A stretch of 61,521 bases of DNA from a virus (Duplodnaviria > Caudoviricetes), in IMG/VR virus record IMGVR_UViG_3300020045_002604, positions 1 through 61,521 of that record. One strand, 5' to 3'. Each line of letters begins with the position of its first letter. The first letter of the stretch is position 1. The notes below the pieces were generated by a model. The model saw only the letters and a list, made by a program, of their open reading frames with translations. It was not told the DNA's origin and did no database searches. A program made the translations under genes and the position numbers. Shown piece by piece: positions 54,412-61,521 of the stretch.

Positions 54412-54539
54412 TGTGGTCAGACCACATGGGAGGGTAGCTGTGGTCAGACCACATAGGTGTGCGTGTGCGTGTGGTCAGACCACACTTCGAATAAGTTGTC
54501 GGCGCAAACAATTCATTTCCGTCGTGTGGTCAGACCACA
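54412..54539. repeat. Four copies of palindrome TGTGGTCAGACCACA
   Basis: At 54412, 54439, 54470, 54525. Confidence 0.95.
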
Positions 54540-54751
54540 GAGGGTGTCGTGGGTGGTGCCTATATGTATGAGGTTTGGCTCTGCGCGTATGTATAAGTTA
54601 AAGAAATCCCCCTTTGACCAGGGGTTTTTACTGTTACTCTGCAAAAATTCGCTTTTAGAGCTGCTCCTGTAGAATCTTAACAAAGAATAACTCTCTTAGG
54701 CTTTAAAAATACACATTTGCATACCAGAACACACTGTGATAGGGTATGAGC

Positions 54752-55090
54752 ATGAGAGAACGAGCGATTCTGGTGGACTGGGACTTGTACCGCACCAACA
54801 AGCACACACAAGACTTCGTGAAGGCACGCCAGGGTCAGGCACGGCTCATTTTGCTGGTATCCCACCCCGCGGAGAACGATTATGAGTACGGGGAGCGCCC
54901 GGACGATATTGAGTGGGACGCGGTGATCAGGAATACTGGGACACAGGGCGTTGTTAAGTTCAAGTACAAAGCACTAGACATTATTACTTCCGTGAGCAAC
55001 CTCGACCCGGTGATTGGGCTGGATGCGAGCACGGCGGTGAACGACCTGTACCGCGACAGCGGTGTACTGATTACGACGGAAGACCTGTAA
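54752..55090 (+). CDS. Hypothetical protein, possibly degenerate HAD/PNK-phosphatase fold
   Basis: AILVDWD...K...IGLD...VNDLYRDSGV; leaderless after TGTGA-TAGGGT. Confidence 0.5.
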   Translation: MRERAILVDWDLYRTNKHTQDFVKARQGQARLILLVSHPAENDYEYGERPDDIEWDAVIRNTGTQGVVKFKYKALDIITSVSNLDPVIGLDASTAVNDLYRDSGVLITTEDL

Positions 55091-55091
55091 A

Positions 55092-55619
55092 ATGGCATTG
55101 CCACCAGTTACTAAGACACAGCGGGGCCTGACCCTGCTGGAAAGCGCGGCGTTGGATATGCTGGCCGAGGGCAAGTCCCCTCGTGCTATTGGCGAAGCGT
55201 TGGGGATTAGCCCCGGCGAGGCGGCTAAGTTGGCGTATAACCTGCTGGACCGTGAAATCATCACGGATATCGAACAGCGACGTAAGCTACAGGTGTATCG
55301 GCTTGAAAAGATCATCGAGGCGTTGTGGCAGAGGGTTATGAAGAACGCCGAGAAAGACGACGTGAAGAACCTGGTGGAAGTGCTGGATAAGCTTAACGTG
55401 CTCCTGGCGCTGAACAAAGAGCAGGATCAGGCGTACGAGACTCGGATGCACGCTCACCAGCTTGAAGGGTACCTACAGGCGACGTTGTTCCTGATTGACA
55501 GGTTCATGAAGCTGGCGCCAAACCTGATGACGGCGGAGCAGTGGACGGCATGGACGGCTGACGGTATTGAAGAAGCGCGCGCCCTGATGATCACAGAGGG
55601 TGATGAGGCGTGGAACTGA
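55092..55619 (+). CDS. Putative terminase small subunit
   Basis: N-terminal HTH (GKSPRAIGEALGIS), RLE...LW...LLAL; upstream of TerL. Confidence 0.7.
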   Translation: MALPPVTKTQRGLTLLESAALDMLAEGKSPRAIGEALGISPGEAAKLAYNLLDREIITDIEQRRKLQVYRLEKIIEALWQRVMKNAEKDDVKNLVEVLDKLNVLLALNKEQDQAYETRMHAHQLEGYLQATLFLIDRFMKLAPNLMTAEQWTAWTADGIEEARALMITEGDEAWN

Positions 55620-55921
55620 CGAACTCGGACATTACTGAACTGACCACACTCACCTATGAGCTTGGCGGTATCTACACTCCTAATACGCACCCCACCGTTG
55701 GGTCCGGTATTATGATTACCCCTAATACGACGGCGTGGTCTAAGCCACCTCAACCACCTCAGCCCGTACGCCAGGTCAAGTGGACCAACAGCGATGGGCT
55801 GACGATTGACTATGTAGTACACGACGACGGCACGATCCACATCGATGAGGATGCGTTCGAGCTGATGTTGGAGCAGATTGGCTTCATTAAGCCGCAGAAG
55901 GAAGAGAAACCACATGAGTGA
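55610..55921 (+). CDS. Hypothetical protein
   Basis: Overlapping operon gene. Confidence 0.55.
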   Translation: MELTNSDITELTTLTYELGGIYTPNTHPTVGSGIMITPNTTAWSKPPQPPQPVRQVKWTNSDGLTIDYVVHDDGTIHIDEDAFELMLEQIGFIKPQKEEKPHE

Positions 55922-56225
55922 CACAACACAGCGCGAAGTGCGCGTTAAGTTCTGGGAGCTTGCTCGCCGACAGTTCCCCGCCGTGGGTGAGCCGGGCACC
56001 GTGTGGGTACTCAGTGAGGTACTCGGTTGGGACTGGGACCAGATCAACCGCACCGCCGTTGAGGGTTTCAGCAAGGACGGCTACCGTTTGTTCCTTCTGG
56101 ACGACAATGGGGATCGAATCTTCAACCACGAGAAGGGCGAAGTGACTAAGGTCTACCGCAAGTGGACGAAGGCAGAGCGGTCCAAGCTCAAGGATTGGTG
56201 GTGGTTGCTAGGGTATGAGTACTAA
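55914..56225 (+). CDS. Hypothetical protein
   Basis: MSDTTQREV start. Confidence 0.6.
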   Translation: MSDTTQREVRVKFWELARRQFPAVGEPGTVWVLSEVLGWDWDQINRTAVEGFSKDGYRLFLLDDNGDRIFNHEKGEVTKVYRKWTKAERSKLKDWWWLLGYEY

Positions 56226-56415
56226 GCGGCAAACTATGAAACAATGGCTCAAGGATATGGAAGCGGTGTACGAGGCGCTGACTACTGGCGGGCAGGAAAT
56301 CTACGTAGAGCACAGTGACCTGAGCCAGTGGGCAGGGATGCATGTTTCAGCGGGTGAACTTTTCAGTGTGGGCCGCTCATACACGTTTACGTTCGAAGGC
56401 CCTAAAGAACTATGA
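56215..56415 (+). CDS. Hypothetical protein
   Basis: Coupled to TerL (ATGA). Confidence 0.55.
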   Translation: MSTKRQTMKQWLKDMEAVYEALTTGGQEIYVEHSDLSQWAGMHVSAGELFSVGRSYTFTFEGPKEL

Positions 56416-58145
56416 GTACTGATCCAGTAATCAGCAAGGTATTTGACTCAGCTATTGAGAAGCTACGCCGACAGGCGAGACTTAACGAATACCGCACCAA
56501 CCCGGTTGCTTGGGCTCAGGACGTTCTGGGAATCGACCCGTGGTCGAAACAGCAGGATATCCTGAACGCGGTGCAACAGCACGACCACGTTGCCGTACGA
56601 AGCTGTCACGGTAGTGGAAAGTCGTTCATCGCCAGCATTATCGCCGCATGGTATATCAGTGTGCACCCAGAGGGTGAGGCCATCGTGGTGACCACGGCGC
56701 CGACATACCACCAGGTTCACTCGATTCTGTGGGAAGATATCCGCAAACACCACATGAAGGCCAGCCAGCGCTATGCTGAGGGGTTGTCCCCCATGAAGAT
56801 GCCGGGGTACATCACCCAGAGCGACCAGTGGAAGTCGGACAGCGGCACGGTGCTCGGGTTCGGGCGTAAGCCTGCCGACAACAACGACCACGGCTTCCAG
56901 GGTATTCACCGTCGATACGTCCTTGTTATCGTGGACGAATCGTGTGGTATCCGCGAAAACCTGTTCACCGCCGTCGAAGCGATCACTACGACGCAGGACT
57001 CGGTGATTTTGGCTATTGGTAACCCTGACGACCCGGCGACGGAGTTTAACAAGTTCTTCAACGGGAACATCAAAGACCCGGCGACGGGACTGCCCGTATG
57101 GCACACTATCGACATTTCGTCGTTTGACAGCCCGAACTTCACGAAACTGCATGAGGGGCACTACAAGAAGTGCAACCACGAAGAGCCACAGGTCCGTACG
57201 TGGTGTGAAGAGCGACAGTGGGCCACTCGGTGGGACCGCGACAAGAAGTTGAACCTCACAGAGCACACCCTGGCCCAGCTACCCAACAGTGGGTGGGTGG
57301 AACAGCGCCGCGCATCGTGGGGTGAGGGGTCACCGCTGTGGGCATCCAAGGTACTCGGACAGTTCCCCCTACAGTCTGTTAACACTCTGTTCAGTCGTGA
57401 GACTATCAACAAGGCGCACGACGTACAGGTTCGGGCCGATTATCGTGGGAAGCGCGTTCTGGGCGTTGACCTTGCCCGATTCGGTCCCGACTACTCTGTC
57501 GTGTACATGGCAGAAGAGGGGCACGTATTGGGCGAGGACGGCAAGCCTACCGAAAAGAAGGGCAAGCATGTGCGCCTGCTGGACTTCTGGGGAGGCAAAG
57601 CCGACGAAACCAAGGCTGACGGTATGGAGTCCGCTTTGCGCGTACACCAGCTAGCTCAGCGTTACGGTGTGGACGAGGTACGTATTGACGGTGAGGGCAT
57701 CGGTGGCCCCATCCGTGACCGTATCAACCAGCTATCCGAAGGTTCGTACACGATTATCTCCGTGCTGGGCTCATCGGCCAGCCCCGACCGCTACCGGTGG
57801 GGTAACGCCCGTACGTACCGGTTCGACAAGGTGCGCGAAGCGATGTTCACCGGCACGGTGGACTTGGACCCAGAGGACCGCAAGCTGGAAGAAGAACTGG
57901 AAATGATCCAGTACAGCTACAAGAACCGCTGGAACTCTATGCAGGTCGAGAGCAAGGACGATATCGCTAAGCGCGGACTTAAGTCCCCTGACTATGCGGA
58001 CGCCCTAATCTACGCCCTGGCGGAAGACCTCGATACGATGGCCGACAACCCATACGGTCAGTATGCCGGTGGTGAGAAGATCAGCATGAGGGCCGCGGAT
58101 TATCTGTCTTTGATTCAGGAAAACGGGTGGTCCAGCCCCTACTAA
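56412..58145 (+). CDS. terL: Terminase large subunit
   Basis: SCHGSGKS, VIVDES, IGNP, LGVDLARFGPD, SPDYADAL. Confidence 0.95.
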   Translation: MSTDPVISKVFDSAIEKLRRQARLNEYRTNPVAWAQDVLGIDPWSKQQDILNAVQQHDHVAVRSCHGSGKSFIASIIAAWYISVHPEGEAIVVTTAPTYHQVHSILWEDIRKHHMKASQRYAEGLSPMKMPGYITQSDQWKSDSGTVLGFGRKPADNNDHGFQGIHRRYVLVIVDESCGIRENLFTAVEAITTTQDSVILAIGNPDDPATEFNKFFNGNIKDPATGLPVWHTIDISSFDSPNFTKLHEGHYKKCNHEEPQVRTWCEERQWATRWDRDKKLNLTEHTLAQLPNSGWVEQRRASWGEGSPLWASKVLGQFPLQSVNTLFSRETINKAHDVQVRADYRGKRVLGVDLARFGPDYSVVYMAEEGHVLGEDGKPTEKKGKHVRLLDFWGGKADETKADGMESALRVHQLAQRYGVDEVRIDGEGIGGPIRDRINQLSEGSYTIISVLGSSASPDRYRWGNARTYRFDKVREAMFTGTVDLDPEDRKLEEELEMIQYSYKNRWNSMQVESKDDIAKRGLKSPDYADALIYALAEDLDTMADNPYGQYAGGEKISMRAADYLSLIQENGWSSPY

Positions 58146-58197
58146 AAGGGTTTTGAACTCTTAAAAGCGCCCATATCTTTACTTTGGACGTATACTG

Positions 58198-58227
58198 TGT
58201 GGTACATACCACAGAGTGTGCTAAGAT
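58198..58227 (+). promoter_or_regulatory. Portal promoter with upstream palindrome
   Basis: TGTGGT-ACAT-ACCACA then TGTGC-TAAGAT. Confidence 0.55.
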
Positions 58228-58236
58228 AGTAGAGAT

Positions 58237-59946
58237 ATGGGCGCACTTGACTTTCTCCGACTTCCTAACCATGTCGAGGCTATCGAAGACCTCGGCACCT
58301 ATCGGCGCGCCTGGGAACAGGAATACGCTAACAACGCCGTACTCAACGAAGAGGTAGGCTTCCTACGCTCTGAACTGATCGAGGTCCGCGAAGACCTACT
58401 CAAGATCAGCGACGCTTTCGACAACGTTGGCTGGGCGCCGCTTGCTGGCGATGAGGCCAAAGAGCTGTCGCTCAAGACCGTCAAGAACATTGCGAAAATC
58501 GCCCGCGCGATGAACGCTGTGAACCCTTTTGTGAAGCGCGGTGTCAACGCGCGTATTTCTTACATCTGGGGACGCGGCGTTAAGTTTGACGGTATCGAGT
58601 CTATCAAGGACTCCTTTGGTCGGGATCGACGCAAGTTGTTCTCGCCCCAGGCTTATGAAGAGCTAGAGCGCGTTCTTGCCACTGACGGCAACGCGTTCGT
58701 GGCGTTCCCTATCAAGGAAGAGGCCAATGGCCTACCCACCAGCACGTTCCGCGTGATCCTAGACGAGATTACTAACAGTATCTCGAACCCGATGGACCGC
58801 GAAGAAGTGTGGTACTACCAGCGTACTTACAAGGTTGTCGTGACGAACCGCGAAACCGGTGAGCAGGAGCCTAAGGAAGAAATCAAGTGGTACGCCAGCC
58901 TAGGCTACTACCAGAAGCTTAAGGCGCTGGGCAAGTCTCTGCCGCGCCGCTGGAACAAGCACGGCGTCGAGCAGAACTACGTCCTACAGCACACAGCCGT
59001 GAACAAGCAGGTTGGGTGGCGTTGGGGCGTTCCTGACATTCTGCCGGTGATCTTCTGGGCCAAGGCGTACAAGGAATACCTTGAGGACAACGCCATGCTC
59101 GTTAAGGCGTACTCTCGCCTCGCATGGCAGGTCAAGGTACCCGGTGCTCAGTCGGGTAACACCGCTTCCGCTCAGGTGATGGCGCCGCCGACACGCGACC
59201 CACTGACCGGTGAGCTACGCAGTGTGGGTGGGACGCACATCGGTACCCACGAAGTAAGCTCCATCCCGTCCACTGGTTCTACTGTTAACTTTGATAACGG
59301 TAGCGCACTAGCCTCCGCTATTGCGGCGGGACTAGAAGTGTCCAAGGTTGTGATCCTGTCCGATTCTGGTAGCTCCAACCGCGCCGCTGAGGGTAGTCTA
59401 GACCTTCCGACCTTGAAGGCTATGGAATCGCGTCAGCAGTTGCATGTTGAGCGGTTCATGGAAATCTTCGAATTCTGGGGTGCTAAGGTAGACCTTAACA
59501 TGTCCAGCCAGTTGCTCACTATCGAAGAGCAGGCTACGTACAACGCAGAGTTCATCGAGTCCGCAGGCGAGAAACCCGAGGCGTCTGAGTACGCGTCTGT
59601 AGTGTTCCCGCCTATCGAGGCATCGTCTGAGAAGGACCATATCGCCGCCCTTGGCACCGCCGTCGAGCTGGGCGTGCTATTCCCCGCTGAGGCTCGCCGT
59701 GAGGTTCTTGAGGCTATGAACATCAGCCCGATCAAGCCGTGGTGGGAGCTTCCGACAATCGAGGACAACCCGGCTAAGAAGGAAGAGCAGGACCGCGCCG
59801 ACGCTCAGGCCGAGCAGGCGTTCGAGCGTGAGCAGTCCGTCATCGCCAAGCAGGGTGTCTCCGGTGGTGTATCCGCCAAGGGTGGGGCACAGAGCACAGC
59901 TAACAGCGCCCGAGACAACCGGGCCGCAGACAGCAAGAAAAAGTAA
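58237..59946 (+). CDS. Portal protein
   Basis: Follows TerL; NPFVKRG, DGNAF, WGVPD, VVFPPI. Confidence 0.9.
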   Translation: MGALDFLRLPNHVEAIEDLGTYRRAWEQEYANNAVLNEEVGFLRSELIEVREDLLKISDAFDNVGWAPLAGDEAKELSLKTVKNIAKIARAMNAVNPFVKRGVNARISYIWGRGVKFDGIESIKDSFGRDRRKLFSPQAYEELERVLATDGNAFVAFPIKEEANGLPTSTFRVILDEITNSISNPMDREEVWYYQRTYKVVVTNRETGEQEPKEEIKWYASLGYYQKLKALGKSLPRRWNKHGVEQNYVLQHTAVNKQVGWRWGVPDILPVIFWAKAYKEYLEDNAMLVKAYSRLAWQVKVPGAQSGNTASAQVMAPPTRDPLTGELRSVGGTHIGTHEVSSIPSTGSTVNFDNGSALASAIAAGLEVSKVVILSDSGSSNRAAEGSLDLPTLKAMESRQQLHVERFMEIFEFWGAKVDLNMSSQLLTIEEQATYNAEFIESAGEKPEASEYASVVFPPIEASSEKDHIAALGTAVELGVLFPAEARREVLEAMNISPIKPWWELPTIEDNPAKKEEQDRADAQAEQAFEREQSVIAKQGVSGGVSAKGGAQSTANSARDNRAADSKKK

Positions 59947-59955
59947 GGGTTAAGT

Positions 59956-60282
59956 ATGAGTAGTATTAAGCTACCGCAGGGAATCGACAGCGGTTACACT
60001 TGGCCCATCGTAGACTCTGTGGGTGCGCCAGCCGTACTCACAGGGTTTACCGCCGCCGCCAAAGTGCGGTCGGAAGAGAGCCACACGAGTGCGCTTTTGT
60101 TCGAGTTCACGGCTAACGTCGTGGGGTCCAACGTGGTCATCCAGTGGACGGCTGAGCAGTCACTCGCCTGGGAATGGGCGTCAGGATATTGTGATGTGAT
60201 TCTTATTAACAACTTGGCGCGACCGATCCAGGTGGTGTGGCAGGGTCAGGTTAAGGTTGACAAGGTGGTAACAGATGCCTGA
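59956..60282 (+). CDS. Virion accessory protein
   Basis: QG...LTGFTAAAKVR...CDV...QGQVKV adaptor-like pattern. Confidence 0.6.
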   Translation: MSSIKLPQGIDSGYTWPIVDSVGAPAVLTGFTAAAKVRSEESHTSALLFEFTANVVGSNVVIQWTAEQSLAWEWASGYCDVILINNLARPIQVVWQGQVKVDKVVTDA

Positions 60283-60529
60283 TCAGCCACCAGTACAGCT
60301 TAGCACCGGGCTTACCCCCGGTCCCGTTAACCCGCTACAGCCGTACGCCTCCGGCGATACCGCTGTCGCCGTGCCCGGACCTCCGGGGCCTCCCGGTACT
60401 CCTGTTGATACGGTGACCCCCATCGAACTAGCGGACGCTATTGAGGACCACCGGGCGGAACCCACCCCTCACTATGCGTACGACGACATGCCGTCGCTAA
60501 CCCTTATTTATGAGAATGGACTTGTGTAA
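60275..60529 (+). CDS. Small collagen-like virion protein
   Basis: PGPPGPPG; H...PTPH.AYDD. Confidence 0.6.
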   Translation: MPDQPPVQLSTGLTPGPVNPLQPYASGDTAVAVPGPPGPPGTPVDTVTPIELADAIEDHRAEPTPHYAYDDMPSLTLIYENGLV

Positions 60530-61167
60530 TGGCACTACAGACTAACATCACAAACCTGGCCACTCGCGCCGCTACGGAAGACAAGTCTCTCCGTACCCTG
60601 ATCAACGGAAACGTTGTAGACCTTTCCAGCCTTACGACCACCGCTAAGAGCAATCTTGTAGCGGCTATCAACGAGGTTGCCGCTAGCGTGGCGGGCGCCT
60701 CAGGGATCAACGATGCGGTGACCAACACAAGCACTTCGTGGTCATCGTCTAAGACCCAGGCGGAAATCGATGAGGCCATCGCGGCGATCCTCGACACCGC
60801 ACCGGGCACACTGGACACGCTTAACGAACTTGCGGCGGCCCTCGGGGACGACCCTAACTTCGCCACGACAGTAACCACGGCGCTCGGACTCAAGGCCCCA
60901 CTCGCGTCACCGACGTTCACTGGGACACCTGCCGCACCTACGGCTACACCGGGCACTAATACGACCCAGCTTGCCACCACTGCTTTCGTGACGGCGGCTA
61001 CACCCGACGCATCCAGCACCGTCAAGGGTAAGGTAGAGCTTGCAACCGACGCAGAGGCGATTGCTGGCGCCAGCACGACGTTGGTGGTAACCCCTGCAAA
61101 CCTACTTGCTGTGGTCGGTGACTCTACGACTGACTTCGTGGCAACCTTCAACGCCGGTCTGGTGTAA
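60529..61167 (+). CDS. Fibre-like protein
   Basis: LTTTAKSNLVAAINEV, APGTLDTLNELAAALGDDPNFA, SPTFTGTP...TQLATTAFV, DASSTVKGKVELAT. Confidence 0.8.
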   Translation: MALQTNITNLATRAATEDKSLRTLINGNVVDLSSLTTTAKSNLVAAINEVAASVAGASGINDAVTNTSTSWSSSKTQAEIDEAIAAILDTAPGTLDTLNELAAALGDDPNFATTVTTALGLKAPLASPTFTGTPAAPTATPGTNTTQLATTAFVTAATPDASSTVKGKVELATDAEAIAGASTTLVVTPANLLAVVGDSTTDFVATFNAGLV

Positions 61168-61169
61168 TA

Positions 61170-61349
61170 GTGGCCGTAGCGCTTCTGACTAACGGGTTCG
61201 CCGCGCGGGTGGCAGAGGAATTCAACACCGTTCGTACCGAGAAGGCAGACGCAGAGTCGGCTGGGGCGGCTATTTGGATTGGCACGAGTGCGGCTTACAC
61301 GGCGCTGACGCCTAAGAACGCCACCACGATTTATTACGTTACAGACTAA
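61170..61349 (+). CDS. 59-aa fibre-adaptor-like protein (not in ORF track)
   Basis: MAVALL...IWIGTSAAYTALTPKNATTIYYVTD. Confidence 0.65.
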   Translation: MAVALLTNGFAARVAEEFNTVRTEKADAESAGAAIWIGTSAAYTALTPKNATTIYYVTD

Positions 61350-61357
61350 GGAAAACT

Positions 61358-61521
61358 ATGGCAATTTCAACACGCGATGGACTAATCTCCGCGTTGGCGA
61401 CGAACTCGTCACGCCTGATTCTGGATAAGGCGTCGTTGGCGAACCAGACCGCGGGTCGTTACATTTCGATGTGGCGTGCGACGGGTCAGCCTGCGCAGGG
61501 CGCGATCCCCGGCACGACCCC
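61358..61521 (+). CDS. 5' part of gene continuing at window start
   Basis: ATG 61358 after RBS AAGGA. Confidence 0.75.
   Translation, partial: MAISTRDGLISALATNSSRLILDKASLANQTAGRYISMWRATGQPAQGAIPGTT
61416..61521. repeat. Copy of 1..106 (circular overlap)
   Basis: Exact identity. Confidence 0.97.

Noticed and set aside
54412-54539. CRISPR array
   Set aside because: Repeat only 15 bp, spacers irregular (12, 16, 40 nt); the Cas4-like gene is a standard phage replication nuclease
57140-57280. Intein in TerL
   Set aside because: Apparent insertion is only ~40 aa and lacks splice-junction motifs
61416-61521. 106-bp terminal repeat as biological DTR
   Set aside because: Falls mid-gene and the gene reads through the join; typical assembler overlap

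Overview
Apparently complete, circularly assembled genome (~61,415 bp after removing a 106-bp end overlap) of a siphovirus-type tailed phage. The host is most likely actinobacterial (WhiB, NrdH, LAETG sortase motif, leaderless genes). No integrase or repressor is recognisable, so it is probably lytic. Layout: + strand virion/lysis arm (54.7 kb through the contig join to 20.1 kb: TerS, TerL, portal, fibre-like genes including a GDPD protein, protease/scaffold, cement, MCP, neck, two tail-tube paralogues, chaperones, TMP, minor tails, M23-SH3 endolysin, holin). - strand RNA-rich block (20.2-26.8 kb) with 25 tRNAs for 19 amino acids (no canonical Phe), a ~740-nt GOLLD-like RNA, a rearranged tRNA-like RNA, several stem-closed spacer RNAs and two leaderless micropeptide cassettes. 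- strand replication arm (split family-A polymerase, primase/helicase, SSB, Sak4-like ATPase, Cas4-like nuclease, SF2 helicase, RuvC-like, AAA+/VWA-like pair). Early region of small genes with a shared start-associated motif, headed by a second ~600-nt structured non-coding element. The most promising candidate system is the tRNA-punctuated ncRNA array around the giant RNA, plus the second large structured RNA. All family calls come from visual motif recognition, not database searches.
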